From the NCBI GenBank assembly GCA_045837725.1, contig JBEWZL010000239.1, positions 620,001 through 684,000 of the forward strand: a stretch of DNA of 64,000 bases, in the 5' to 3' direction. The notes below the pieces were generated by a model. The model worked only from the letters and a program-made list of their open reading frames with translations. It did no database searches and had not been told where the DNA came from. The position numbers and the translations under genes are program-made. Positions 13,463 through 27,121 of this stretch are shown here, piece after piece (positions within the stretch are counted from its first letter, which is position 1; every line of letters begins with the position of its first letter). The DNA comes from Vermamoeba vermiformis. Taxonomy: Eukaryota.

Positions 13463-14150
13463 TCAGATCCAAGCAGATCCGCTCTGCGTCCAATACAGCG
13501 CAGTGCCCAGCACTCCAGCGCCTATCAACACAGGTGCAAACAAGCGCCTCCACGGTGCAGTGGCGCGGTGCGCATTGCCAGCAGAGTGCGGGTGCAGCGA
13601 GAGCTCTAGCTGATGAATCTCATCGCGCACAAGATCCATCTCCGCGCGTGTGCGCTCAATGGCCTGCTCGTGCTGCATCAGTGCCTGGTCGGTGCGCGTC
13701 AGTTCAGCTTCCAGCACTTGTACGGCACGCTGTTCTTCATTCACTTCTTCGCTGATGCGTTGTAGTCGTGTTAGCAGGTGCTCTTTGAGACTCGGCATTG
13801 ATTTGATCTCGCTGGTTGACAAGCAGAGTTAGATCTCGCGGAGAACAAAAAAAAGATCTGTTGAATCTGCAGAGAAATGCGCCAATGTTTTTAAATATTT
13901 TTTTGTATTATTACTTAAATTATTGTTGCAATATACGACGTGAATGGGCTCATAAGATATTTCATATATATTTTATAATCACGAAAATTACTACGATAAC
14001 TGTACTACAGTAAATATTATATTGTTTAACGTACTCATCAAGTCGTTTCCTCTCGCTCATTAATTGTTCGACGCGTGTTAGCGTACGGATCACTTCTTGC
14101 AATGCTGGATCTCCTCGATCTTCACCGCGCGGACTTGGCAGTGACGTCAT
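13463..14150 (-). CDS. Hypothetical coiled-coil protein with C-terminal transmembrane anchor (2 exons)
   Basis: Exon MTSLPSPRGE...KRLD with a gtacgt donor joins in frame to the acceptor ctaac...accag. Heptad-rich middle and hydrophobic tail LFAPVLIGAGVLGTALYW. Confidence 0.6.
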
Positions 14151-14320
14151 TGTGCTTAACGTATTGACAAGTGACCAAATTAATACGCGCACAAAGTGGA
14201 TCGTGTTTTATCAATTTTATTGTTGGACAAAATGAAATTGAGTGCGAAATTGAACTCGATTTACTTACTTCTACTCTCTAAGACACCAATATATTTCAAA
14301 ACCGAAAGACAAGTAACCAC

Positions 14321-15504
14321 ATGGCGACTTCTAAGCCTGCCCGACGTGCGACTCATGCAGGTAGTTGGTACTCTGACAATGGTAATCTTGATAACATCTG
14401 ACGCCAAATCCACTTACCCTTGTTCAACAAGCCCAAAAATTGTCCAAACAATTAACTGATTGGCTAAATGTTGTCGACATTAAAGATGCGACTACTAGAG
14501 CCATTATTGCGCCGTAAGTCAAATATTTCAAAACTTTTCAAGCTGAAATTAATATTTGTTCCGAACAATATTAGCCATGCCGGCTATAGATATTCAGGCC
14601 CCAGTGCTGCCTATGCATATAAGAGCTTGGTTGCAGCCGCGCCTCAAGTGTAAGAATGAAGTCAAATCCGTAAAATTGGCTAGTTGCTTACTATTGACGC
14701 CTCCAGCAAGAGAATAGTGCTGCTAGGACCCTCGCATCACCATCCGTTCAGCAAGTGTGGCCTCACTAAGCTCACTACTTGGCAAACACCGCTCGGAGAC
14801 CTGCGCATTGACACCAAGTGTAGGTACCTCTGATGTTGTTACACGACATTAGTACCCTCCCTATTCGATGAGTGTCTTATCACCACTGAATACTAACACT
14901 CGACTCAGTCACGGAAGAGCTCTACAAGGCAGGTGACTTTGTGTACTTGGATCGTGCGGTCGAAGAGGCCGAACACAGTCTGGAGATGCACTTGCCGTAC
15001 ATTGTGCACGCGATGGCTGGCCACGAGTACCAACTAGTGCCCGTGATGGTGGGCAGCATCAGCAGCAGTCAAGCGCAGCAGTACGGACACTTGTTGGGTC
15101 AGCAGCTGGTGGCAGATCCGCACCTGTTCATCATCGCCAGCAGTGACTTCTGTCATTGGGGCACCAGATTCGGCTACACTCCGCACGACGAGGAGCAGCC
15201 TATCTGGGAGTACATTGACAGCCTCGATCACGAGGGCATGCACGCGATTGAGAGCGGTGATGCGGATGTGTTTCACAGCTACTTGAAGCGGACCAAGAAC
15301 ACCATCTGTGGCCGCAATCCCATTCAGATACTCATGCACGCCGTCAGCCACTACAACAAACATCACAGCAAGACTGCACCGAACAAGCACGACGAGTCCG
15401 CGGCACTCGTGACACGCTTCGTGCACTACGCCCAGAGCTCGCAGTGCGTGGCGACAGAGGACTCGTCAGTCAGCTACGCCGCGGCCCTCGTGCACGGCCA
15501 GTGA
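14321..15504 (+). CDS. MEMO1: MEMO1 family protein
   Basis: ATHAGSWY, PHAGYRYSG, LGPSHH, EHSLEMHLPY, SSDFCHWG, NTICGRNPI, DSSVSYA. Confidence 0.95.
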
Positions 15505-15938
15505 GGGGCACAGGACTCGGTGTACAGTGTATATAGAACTTGGTGGCAGTAAATGCGCAGATATTAGTCACAGTACTCACGGAACCACTACAGATTTTAA
15601 CAAGTTGAATAGTATTTGTAAAGGATTGATGAATTATCCGTTATCAACCTCCATCTGAATTTGCTTCCATTTGATCGCCAATTCCTCCATAATAATCCAC
15701 AAAAATATCATATCGATAAGTATGCCTTTATATTAATGATTTACATGATACTGAATAGCACTTGGTTAGATACATCTTGCCTAAAAATTATTATAATTGT
15801 CAGGTTCTACCCAATATTAATTAATATATAACTCCTTACATTACAATCACGCTATTTAGTTGTTGGCATATTTGTGAGGGTGTTGAGCTGCGTTGATAAA
15901 TGATTAATAATATTTTTAGATTAGAGTAATAATTAAAA

Positions 15939-16160
15939 TTATTTACCGTGGTGCTTAGTTCTTTGAGCGGCATAGCCAAGAATAGCAAAAGTACCCCAGA
16001 AGTGCCAGAAAACTGCACCGCTAGAGGTCTTGACGTAGCGCATGTAATAAGCATCAAAAGCGCGCTTGATGCCCGGAACAGAGAAGAGAGAAGAGATGCG
16101 AGGCAAAGCTTCAGTCAACTTGACTTGAGCGAGAGGAGTCTTGTTCTTATAATCAGCCAT
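15939..16160 (-). CDS. Mitochondrial ATP synthase subunit f-like; last few codons uncertain (possible short terminal exon after the gtaaat donor at ~15946)
   Basis: PLAQVKL, RAFDAYYMRYVK followed by one TM helix and a basic/His tail. Size ~75 aa. Confidence 0.6.
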   Translation of the reverse strand: MADYKNKTPLAQVKLTEALPRISSLFSVPGIKRAFDAYYMRYVKTSSGAVFWHFWGTFAILGYAAQRTKHHGK

Positions 16161-16269
16161 TATGGTGTTGTTCTCTGAGTTTTAGGTCTAAACAATTTGT
16201 CGCCAGATCTGCTGAACTCAGTGCGTAACAGCAACTCGCAGATACAACCACAATAGCTATACCATCAAT

Positions 16270-17398
16270 ATGCTCGCACAACTACGCCAGAGGTGTGGCA
16301 TACAATTGTCTAAGCGAGCGCAGAGAGTGCTGCTTGATCACGCTACGTGCAAACAGATGCGCATGTTAGGTACTGCACTGAATATTTAAATATTATTATT
16401 TTCCTATATATACTGGTTTATCGTACATTAGTAGTCGCCTGCCTGAAACTCAATGTAATTTCTAATTTTTTGCTGCAGGATCCATCGCATCCATGATGCC
16501 CAAGCGTTCAGACAAATCACCAAGCATATTTATTGATATCAATTATAACACACTCACGCACCAGCGACAATCACCGCTGCGCACTGCGTTTGTCAGCATG
16601 CAGATCCAATCGCGTCACTACCACACCACGCAGCACATGTTGTCGCGCAAACACCTGATCCAGCGCAAGAAAGAGACTGACGACATTTATCGCAAAATAG
16701 ACCCGCCAGAACACACGCCGCCATTCGGTGCTGCTTCGCCCGATGTGAAACTGGTCGAGTGGCGCGTGTCACGCTGGCTCGGTCGCTTTTTGATCCTGCT
16801 GGCCGTGCTGGGCGCGCTGCTGCTGCTCTTCTTGTACACCGTGTTCGGCAATGAGGAGGAGCGGCTGCTGAACGACGTGCCTGACCTGCTGCTCTTCATG
16901 ACCGCGGAGTTCATTCAGTCCTCGCTGCTCACCGATCACGTGGTCGCTTCCAAATTAGGCAATGACGCACACACCGACAGCGCATTTGTTCGCGTGATTT
17001 ATCATCGCAAAGACAATCACGCGCACGTGGTGGCACCAGTGTGGGGCACTGCCACTGTGCCCGCGAAGAGTGTGCGCAGTCAGTCCGTGGTCGTGCATCC
17101 GAGCACACAACGCGTCAACAACGGCACTCTGACGCTGAACATGATCGCCAAAGAGGACGAGTGGTACATTGGACACGCGGTCATTGAGTTCGCGGACAAC
17201 ACCAAGCGCGAGTTGAAGGTCGTGCCCAAGCCTCACAATCTGCGCGCATTTGCTGCTGTGCGTCACGAAGAGATGGCAAGACGCATGGTACGTATATATA
17301 TATGTAGATCAGTATTGTAGAAGTATACTCATCACTAGGTGTATTCGCAGAAAGACGAAGATGACGATGATGACGACGAAGAGGACGAAGCGATGTAA
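16270..17398 (+). CDS. Putative mitochondrial inner-membrane protein, Coa1/Tim21-like
   Basis: Basic N-terminal presequence-like region, one TM, then the pattern V..KLG...A.V.APVWG...GTL......W.I. Acidic tail. Three exons. Confidence 0.45.
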
Positions 17399-17476
17399 CA
17401 GCGTGCAAGTGAAGGGCTGCGTTGTGATCGAAATAAAACTGCACTATGTACAAATGAGGCTATATATATATTACAA

Positions 17477-19357
17477 CTAATTCGCATGGTGGTGTATCGA
17501 CGAGTGACTCTCAAACAGTCGTCGCATGTCTGGCAACAGTTCACTGGCCTGTTGAATGAGCGAGAACTGAATGGTGCGCAGTGCATTGTCATTGCTCGAC
17601 AGGCGTTCAGTGAGAAAGGCGCGAATGGATTTGATCACTGCTTCCGCGCGCTTGATGTACTGCGACTCGGAGAGCACGTGACGCGACTCTTCATCGATGA
17701 GCAGCAGCGGCACAGTGAGCGTGGTGACATCGAACTGGGCTGCAAGGGCCATGATGTTTTTGAGTCCCTGCAGCAGCGTGGCCAAGCTCTGATCTGCTGC
17801 AGCACTCTTCTTGTCCGAGCAGAGATGAAACACCACGTGACAGAGTCCCAAGTTGGAATGTCGCGTGATGAACACGTCACCTGGCTGCAGCGACTTGGAG
17901 TGACGCTTGACTTGCTGCAATTGTTGCTCGACATCATCGAAGTGAAATTCTGTGGACGAGTGGCACAGCGACAAGAATTCTGAGCGGCACATTAGTACAA
18001 GACTAATATCATCGCCAGCTGACACCTGTCACTCACCGCGATAGGTCGGAGTCTCCATGGACATGCCCGTATCACACAACAGCACCACAGCTGCGAGTGA
18101 GTTGGAATACAGTGCAGACTTGCTTTCAATGAGTGCTTGAGGGTGTTTGATGCGATCCAATCTGCAAGGTGACACGTGTCAACAGCCGACCTCGCACAAG
18201 TGTCAAACACTTACCTGCACAACTGCAACACATCGCCCACGAACAGATTGAAGTTGTACGCCACTCTGAGCTGCGAGCCCAAATAGGCAGTGAATGACTC
18301 GTACACATCAGTCACGTGACTCAGTCCTGACGCGACTGCTGGATTGACAGGTGTCACTGAAGCACTCGGCCTGTTTTCTTTGAGTGATTTCCGCTTTTCA
18401 GCAGGTGTCATCTTGTGCTCCTTTGACGCATCTGACAGTTGATTAGACACGTGTCATTTGCAGACTTGCAGCTAATACCCACCAGCACTCAGCTGACTCT
18501 TGTCTTTGAGATAGAGGTCTATAATAAACTTTTGATACTCCTGTTTCTGTCCTTGCTTGGCCTGTTCAAGCTCTGAGGCCCAACGAGACTCGAGTTGATC
18601 GAGCTGAATGATGTGCTTGCCAATCAACAGCTGGATCTGATCCTCGTTCTGACTTTGCATCGCTTGCTCCATTTCAAAGTGTTGTCTGATGACTGGTAAT
18701 TAATACTGCTCAACTAACAGCTAGTCCACGTACCTCTCACGTAGTTGTGCGACAGCTTGATCTCGGTCCTCAATGCTCTTCACAATAGCCATCTTAAACG
18801 ACTCTTCTAACTGTCGCAACTCTTCGCCGTGCATCGGTGAATTCATGAGGGCGTGATGAGCTTCAGAGAATGTAACTTGTCGGCGCATATCTTGCGTTTG
18901 ATCTGTAAGGCGCCATGTCACCGTACAATTGTTGTATTGACGGGACAATAACCGTGCAGCTTCAACTGCATCTAATTCCGATGCCACTAGGGAGTAGTAG
19001 AATAAGTATAATCTTACTTTATGTAGCGTTGGCAGCAATATTTCATTATTATTCCAATTTATTTTCGAAAATAAATTAAATTAATAACGAGCGTAATTAA
19101 TAAGTACCTAGTTCGGACTCTTTAATTTGAGAGCGACGATCTTCTTCCAACAGAGCTGCAGCACAAGAGAGTATAGTTTGTTCAATGTACGGCGGCAAAT
19201 TCTCTGCTTGCATGCACCGCTGAACAAGCTCGCTAATGTCGCTGTCTTTCTCTACATTAAGAGATAGCACGCAGTACTTGCTTCCAATTGGCAGCCGCGC
19301 GCTCAGCTCCATCCGCTGAGGAGCTATTAATTTATACGTGCCTGCCTTTGTCTCCAT
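17477..19357 (-). CDS. C12orf4: C12orf4/FERRY3 (DUF2362) homolog
   Basis: ESFTAYLGSQLR, LYSNSL, STEFHF, GDVFITRHSNL..CHVVFHL, KRAEAVIK. Confidence 0.85.
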
Positions 19358-19520
19358 ACTTCGGCTGTTTACATCAAATGTAACGCAGCACTATTGTTGT
19401 TATGTTGTGCTCAAAAATCATTATTCGTTGACCTGAGCGGAGAAAATGACATTTGTGCAGATCCACTTGCGAAACGCTCATTTAATTTAGTGCTAATAAT
19501 ACAACTATTCTACAATTAAT

Positions 19521-19979
19521 TTACAACACAGCAATTATATTATCTGCTGCCTCTGCTAACTCATCTCTGAGAGTGTCAAACTCGACACCGAGGATTTCAA
19601 ACGCCTTCATGACGGCAGGATCAAACCCCAGGACTTGCAAGGCTTTAGAAATATTTTTGGACTTAATAACAAATGTCTTTCTCGTGGCATATTTACTCCT
19701 GATGGATTCGTCAATTGCACTGTCAATTTGGTTTACGTCTGTCCCCAGAAGAACGGCTAATTTCTCTTTACTAGGGTCGTGTCCTAGTATTTCGCATGCT
19801 TTTTTATTCTCTTTTCTGTTGTTAATTCGTTGTTGTCTTGAATCTAACGTGGTATCTTTTAATTTAAGAACCTCTTCTGGGTCATCAAAATCCAAACCAA
19901 GTTTGTCTTTAACTTTTTCTCTATTTCCACTACTCGGCGAATTAGAATCAGCTGGCACAGGACTAGTTTCAGGATCCAT
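19521..19979 (-). CDS. Hypothetical intronless protein with five K-x-x-x-x-LG repeats
   Basis: Open frame from ATG 19979 (152 aa) with natural protein composition. Repeats KVKDKLG, KACEILG, KLAVLLG, KALQVLG, KAFEILG. Confidence 0.65.
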   Translation of the reverse strand: MDPETSPVPADSNSPSSGNREKVKDKLGLDFDDPEEVLKLKDTTLDSRQQRINNRKENKKACEILGHDPSKEKLAVLLGTDVNQIDSAIDESIRSKYATRKTFVIKSKNISKALQVLGFDPAVMKAFEILGVEFDTLRDELAEAADNIIAVL

Positions 19980-20219
19980 CGCGTTGAATCTTGCAATTAG
20001 TCTTGGACTGAAAACGAAAATTAAAATAATAAGACCACAAATAACTTGTGATGGCTTTGGGTAAAAAAAGACATAACTGCCTTTAAATTTCCAACGAGCA
20101 AGAGCAGGTGTTCCGCGATTGGTCAAAAATAAAATTGATAAACCAAACCCATTTTTTTTCCATCTCGTCTTGATATTCCTTCTCTCTTTTTCAGCTCTAA
20201 CAGACGAAGCTTTGACGAC

Positions 20220-20932
20220 ATGGATAACAGAAAAAGATCAGTCCAAACTTTTGGCCGCAAGGTATATATTAATTATAGGCCAGTGTTAACTCGAGTCGAT
20301 AAGCGATGCGAAGATTTAGAATTAATTCGATTGGAATCAATAATAATGCTGTACAAAATGCGAAATAATTTACAGCGTATTATTAATAATGGCAATTGGA
20401 ATACTTTATTTAGAACGGAAGAATAATTATTAATAATTTTTTTTATTGGATTAGAAAACCTCAGTTGCTGTTGCCTACGTTACTGATGGAAAGGGTTTGA
20501 TTAAAGTCAACGGTCAACCCTTGAGCTTGGTTGAACCTGAGCCTCTCAGATTCAAGGTTTTCGAGCCTATTTTGTTGTTGGGATCAAGCCAATTCTCCAA
20601 CATCGACATCCGCATTCGCACTAACGGAGGTGGTTATGTCTCTCAAATTTACGCCATTCGTCAAGCTATCGCCAAGGCTTTGATTGCTTGGCAACAAAAG
20701 TGTAAGTGATATTTATTATTTAATATTAATTATTATTTTCGTTCTAAACCACCTATGGACTCAAAATTAAACGACTATCATTATAGACGTCGATGAGGCC
20801 ACCAAGAGAAAGACCAAGGAACTTTTGGTTTCATACGACAGAAGCTTGCTCGTCTCTGATCCTCGTAGATGCGAACCCAAGAAGTTCGGAGGTACTGGTG
20901 CTCGTGCTCGTTTCCAAAAGTCCTACCGTTAA
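20220..20932 (+). CDS. RPS16: 40S ribosomal protein S16 (uS9)
   Basis: [49 protein letters not shown]. Two introns. Confidence 0.97.
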
Positions 20933-21269
20933 GTCGTCTGTCTATAATACTCCAAAAAATAAAGTATTTTTTAACGTTAGGCACAATCATTGGATCTTTG
21001 TATTTGATCACCTAAAATATTATTAATTGAGATAACGTTTAACCCGCCCGCACTAACCTTATAAAAATTTAAATTGCGAGGAGTAATTGCATAGATAAAA
21101 GGTTAATAAATACCAGAACAGTTTAGATCGCGATCTAGCTGTTTGTGCACAGACTACTTTAAGTCCAGTCATCCATTCTCTTTACAAAAACCACGTAATA
21201 GATGCAGCAGAGGTTGACCATCAACTATTTTTGATATTTATAATATTTATTTTGTCAAAAGAGGAGGGT

Positions 21270-22046
21270 TTATTTCTTAGCAGCTTCAGCGGCAGCCTCG
21301 GCTTCCTTTGCCTTTCGGCCGACGTTGCGGGCTTCATTGCGCAACTTGCGGAGCTTGGCGTAAACGCTTTCTTTCTTCTCGTCAGCGGTGGCAGCGCGAG
21401 CCTTGGGGACACGGCGGCTGGAAGTAAGAGGAAGAGCTTTCTTTTGTTGGGTAACCTTCTTAAGTTCTTCAGGGGAAGCATCACCAGCCTTGGGCTTTTG
21501 AGGCTTCTTGGTGTTCTTCTTCACACGCTTGGGGAACAAGACCAACTTGGATTTGTAGATTTGGAGACGTCTGACGTTCTCTTGCAAAGCCTTCTCGTCC
21601 TTGTTGGTTCTTCGGTAATCAACAGAGATACCGAGGGATTGAGCAGCAGCGACTTCAACGCCAGCGGCCTAATTAATATTTGTTAATTATTTTTCAGATC
21701 CAAAATAATAATTCAATTAAATATTAGCGCCATTTTTGCGACAATCCAACGATCATCTTCACCATGTAAACGCCCTTATATTATTATTTAAATCTAAACT
21801 TACTCTGAGTTCTTCGAGGGTGAAACCACGACCCAATCTTTGTCTGCGGTTGTACTTGATCGACATGCAACGAACAACAGGTCGGAGCAAACCAGAAACA
21901 GGCTTGGGGAACACCTTAGCAGCCTTCTCTTGGCGAGCGACGGAGCGCTTCTTCTTCTTGGAAGCTTGATCGAGGTAAACACGAACACGCTTGTCCCAAT
22001 CTTTGCGGAAGTGGGAGTTGGGGATAACGTTGTTATTTCTGACCAT
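21270..22046 (-). CDS. RPL13: 60S ribosomal protein L13 (eL13)
   Basis: NNVIPNSHFRKDW, LRPVVRC, GRGFTLEEL, YKSKLVLFP. One CDS intron and a probable 5' UTR intron at ~22056-22314. Confidence 0.97.
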
Positions 22047-22488
22047 TTTTGTTCCTATGAAGATAATATTGAGCAAAAATAATTAAAGAGTAATAAAAAA
22101 TAATTAATATCTTCCACATTATCAGCCAAAACACTCGCTAAAAATAATAATTATCCAACGAATAATAGCTATGAATTAAATTAAATGCAGTAATCCACTT
22201 GTTGGGGGTGATTATTGTTGATCACATTCGCATTTAGTTTCCTCTTCGAAACAATACTTGTGTGGGCGAGTGTAAAGGGTGTAATAATGTTGCTAGTTAG
22301 TATATGAATATTACCCTCTCTTTAGACACGTCTCTTTGACTCCGACGAACAGGAATAGAACATGAAGGAAAAGAAGCGAAAGGACAAAACATCGAAAATT
22401 TCTGCGCAATTTTTTTTCCGAGTTTTTTTGGCCCAAAATGCAACCGCGACGAAAACTATCTTCCGGTCCTCCACATTTTCTTTTCATC

Positions 22489-23081
22489 ATGACAGACGAT
22501 TTATTTGATCCACTACTAGACGTTGAGAACCAGTTCTCGCAACAAGGCCGAAATGAGGGCCGATCTGATGGCCAAACTCAAGGCTACGACGAGGGGTTCT
22601 CCTTTGGGCGCAGCAAGAGCACAGAACTCGGCAAAGAGTTAGGCTTTTATTTGGGTTGCGTCGAAATGTGGTTTTTGTTGTATTCCAAGTACCCAGAGCG
22701 TTTCCACATAAGGTAAGATCTATCATTTTCCCTTCTGTGTTTCATTCTGTTAGCTGGATCCTTCGATGATTATACAAATGTTATCTTATAATACGTGACG
22801 ATATCCTATTTTAAGTTTCAGCCTTGTATGAGCAAGGATCAATTTATCATCAGTTTTTATTTAAATCCGTAATTTTGCTCTTTACGTAACATCTTACTTG
22901 TAGGACCAAGAAATCTATAGAAAACGTTAGAAAATTAATTAGAGAATTTTCTTTCGACGCCAAGAAGGACAACATCATCGATCAGATCGAAGAGATCCGA
23001 GCAAAATTCAAGCTGGTTCAAACTCTTGTCGGTGCCAAACAAAAGATCGTGGAAACATCTGCCCCTTCGCTATCTTTTTAA
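22489..23081 (+). CDS. LTO1: LTO1/ORAOV1 (Yae1_N GxxxG-repeat protein)
   Basis: DDLFD, GRNEGRSDGQTQGYDEG, ELGKELGFYLG; second exon IEEIRAKFK...LSF. Confidence 0.85.
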
Positions 23082-23257
23082 TTGTTTATATTGTGTAAAT
23101 AAATGTAAATATTTCTTCGGTAGATCTTCGCCGCGAAAACTTCGTTCTGATTCTGTGCATTATTTTGTCGTTAAAACGAACATCATAATAGCAAAACTCT
23201 TTCATTACATATATAAAAACAGCAACAAAAGGCTAATAAGAGAAGCAAGTCAGCCTA

Positions 23258-26036
23258 ATGTCAAGTTTTGAGGCCGAGATCGGGACGGCCAAGGTCAAAC
23301 ATAGCACGGTAAATATCATGCACTATATATCACGTTGTTTTGGCCATTCTTAAACACCAACTTCGGATATCAAATCATATTAATAATATTTTTAGACGCA
23401 TCCGAAATATTTACACAGCAACAGCACTTCCCATAAATGGGCATTTGGAGCGATAGCAGAATTAATAGGTATATTTAAAATTAATTACAAATAAATTTGA
23501 TGTTCTGACTCGCGATCCAGACAATGCCGTGGATGCGCGAGCAACACGGTTTTACATCGACACAAATACAGTGAAAGAGCGCTTAGAAGAGGTCCGATTT
23601 TTGTCTTTTCAAGTAAGTACTTTCAGCGGAATAATATCTTTCGCGTCTCTTGCTAATTGGTGGCAAGGATAATGGCACGGGCATGAAGCCACGTGATTTG
23701 CACAAGATGTGCAGCTTTGGGCACTGCGACAAAGTGAAGACTGACGACTTGACACCGATCGGACACTACGGCAACGGCTTCAAGAGTGGTTCGATGCGCC
23801 TCGGCAAAGATGTGATGGTATTCACCAAGACGACTTCCGCGCGGAGCATTGCCCTCTTGTCGCAGGTAAGTCACGCCACATAACACCTGAATGCGCGCAG
23901 TATTGTGACCTCTCGCCACGACAGTCCTTCCTCGCAGCGATCGATGCAGAAGAGGTGTTGGTGCCCATGGTGACGTGGAACAATGCTGGCAAGATCACCG
24001 CGGACGACGAGCTCAATCTGACTGTGGACGACATGAAGCGCAGTTTGGAGCTGATTAAGAAGCACTCTATATTCAAGACTGAAGCAGCACTCGCCGAGCA
24101 GTTCGATTCCCTCACTTCACGCACGGGCACTCGCATTGTAGTGTTCAGATTGAAGCGCTTGGAGATGCGCAACTTGCTGGAGCTGTCGTTCAATGACAAG
24201 CACGACATTCAGCTCACACAGGACACGCCCATTGAGAAGAAGGGCGAATATGTGCACCCTGCACTCTATTCACTGCGCGAGTACTGCAAAGTGTTGTATT
24301 TGGAGCCCAAATTGATGATTTTCCTCCGCGGTAGAAAAGTGCGGTCCACGCGCATGACACAAGAGCTGTACCATCCCAAACAAGTCATCTACAAGCCACA
24401 GAAGTTCATGGATGATGACGGCGTCAAGTTGGAGTCGCGCATTGTGTACGGCTTCAACAAGCGATCCAAGCGCGAGTACGGCATGATGTTGTATCAAAAG
24501 AACCGATTGATTCGATTCTTCGTGCCTGTGGGCATGCAGAAACAGGCTGGCAGTCGAGGACGTGGTGTGCTCATCATCGTAAGTAGTGTGCGGTGTTCGG
24601 TCACAGTGCTCATCCGTCAATGACAGACTGACGCGTACTTCTTGTCGCCCACGCACAACAAACAAGAGTTCATGCGCGATGACAAGTACCGAGGACTCGA
24701 AGACGCCATCAAGACCAACCTCAACCACTACTGGAACTCGTGCAACATTGACGCGAACAAGGGAAATGAAGGCATCGGTGACTTTATGAGCAAGTTGTAC
24801 GGACGCGACAACAGAGGTCCGTATTGGATTCAGTGCGACAACTGCTTGAAGTGGCGTCGTGTGGCTGAAGATCCTGAACACCTCAAAGAGGATGTGAGTA
24901 CTGCCTATATTATATTTATATATGGTGACTCTGATTAACTGGTGCGCAGTGGACGTGTGCGATGAACACCGATCACAAGCACAACAGTTGTTCCATACCG
25001 CAACAGCCCGATGACATTATTCCGCTCATTCCTGCGTATGTATTTCCGCGTCAGTCATTGCATACATTCTGACACAGCGACAGCAAATACAAGCGAAAGG
25101 AGCGCAAGAGCACCAAGTCCAAAGCAGACGGGGCTGAGAGTGACGACGAAGTGCCAGACAACTTCAACGTCGAGGACGACGAGCTGATCGAGCACGAGGC
25201 GAGTGAGTCCAGCGAGGCACCTGAGCCTCCCAAGCGTGCTAAAGCAAGTGCACCCAAGCCTGCACCAAAAAAGGCAAGTGGCGGCACTACTCCACGCCAG
25301 ACAGCGAAGAGGAAGCGATCAGAAGAGTCAGATTCAGAGGAGGTCGTTGAACCTGTCAAAACTAAGCGACCGCGCCGTGCTGAAGCGAGTTCTGAGTCAG
25401 TGCCAGCACGTGTCACAGTCAGCGACACAAATGGCCATTCACTGAACGGCAGCACACCCGAACCCAAGCGACGTGCAGCAGAGAGAAGTCGTGCCAAGCC
25501 AGCGAGTGACGAGTCTGCAAGTGTGACACCTGTCACTCCAGCTGCTCCAGCGACACCTGTCACCCCCGTGTCAAAAGCTAACGGCACTGCAAGTCGAGCA
25601 CTGAGCCAGTCCAGCAGTGATCGAGATCTGCAAATATTATTCAGCAAGCTGCAAGTGATCTGTGCACGACTCGGTGGCAAACCATATCAAAATCTAACAC
25701 TCGCCAAGCTGAAAACATTGGACGAGGTACGTGCCATATTAGTACTACGCTGTATTTGTACTAACCAGTGCGCAGCTCAAATTCTGCGAAATGATTGAAG
25801 AGAAGTTGCAGTCCGCGAGCATGTCACTCAAAGAGCGCGTGGCACACTTGACAGCGCACACACCGCGCGATGAAGAGCCTGCTGCGGAGGTTGAAGAACA
25901 GCCGAGCGATGTCGCAATGACTGGCGATGAAGACACGCATCACGTGACTGACACCCACGTGAGTGACAGCAACGACAACGACAAGCACGTGATTAAAGAC
26001 GAGGAAGAGCGGCCAGTATTCTTCAATTTCTTGTAA
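23258..26036 (+). CDS. MORC: MORC family GHKL ATPase with CW-type zinc finger
   Basis: [73 protein letters not shown]. Confidence 0.92.
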
Positions 26037-26101
26037 AAATAAAATGATTTATGTACAGTAAAACAGTGCAAATGTTTTTTGAATTTGAGACCAAATACAG
26101 C

Positions 26102-27121
26102 TCAGAGAATGGACTTCTTGGCGACATTCAACAAGCGCTGCTTCTCGCGCAGTTTGATGTTGATGTGCTGCACGATCAGATCGATGGCCACCAGGTTTTC
26201 TTTGCCGCGCGGAATAATGACATCGCAGTACTTCTTGGTCTGTGTTTGACACGTGTCAGTAGGTGATTGCAAGGACGAGGCAGTGACAGGTGTCAACTAC
26301 TCACCGGGAACACGTAGGTGTCAAAAGAGGGCTTGACAAAGGTCTCGTACTGGTGCAGAATGGACTCCAAGGTACGACCGCGCTCTTTCATGTCACGCAC
26401 CACTCTGCGCGCCAGTCTCATGTCTGCGTCTGTGTCGACAAAGATTTTCTGTGAACGAGTCTGTCAATCCATTACCTAATTAGGAAATGCTGTCGCAAAC
26501 AACTGACCATATCAAGCATGTTGCGCAAGCGTTCGTCGTGGAAGGTCAAGATGCCCTCGAGTATGAGCACGTCCACGCCGTAGATCGATTGCGTCTCTTC
26601 GCAGCGCGCATTGGTCACAAAGTCGTACACGGGTATCTCCACGCGCTTGCCCTCTGCTAGACGTGCGGTCGTGCTGGGGACAGTCAGTTAATGGGCCTAG
26701 TAATATTAGTGACTGCGGTGCTACGTGCCTGACAATGAGGTCCCAGTCGAGGGCCGCAGGGTGGTCCCAGTTGTATTCACTGACGCGCGCCAACTGCTCG
26801 GGGGTGAGCGGCAAGTAGAACGAGTCGAGTGAGATGCGATCCACGCGATGATTGTCGAGCTGCTTGATGATGTGTTCGCACACTGAGGTCTTGCCCGAGG
26901 CCGTGCCTGCATCCGTACGGGTCAGAACAATTGTCCGAGATCTGACACGATCAGGGTGTTGAGTTACCTCCAGCGACTCCAATAATAAAAGGCTTAGTGC
27001 GACCAGTCTTAGAAGAGGATTTGTTCTTGTCTTTGACGGCTGAGCGTGGGATGGGCTTCTCTTCTTCAAAAGAGTCGAACTTCCAAAAACCAAGTGAGGG
27101 CAGCGATGAGCTCAAGGACAT
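26102..27121 (-). CDS. UCK: Uridine-cytidine kinase (no UPRT domain)
   Basis: IIGVAGGTASGKT P-loop, [43 protein letters not shown]. Confidence 0.92.

Noticed and set aside
22056-22314. snoRNAs in ribosomal protein gene introns (also 20262-20454)
   Set aside because: No convincing C/D box pair or H/ACA architecture by eye. An Rfam scan would be needed.
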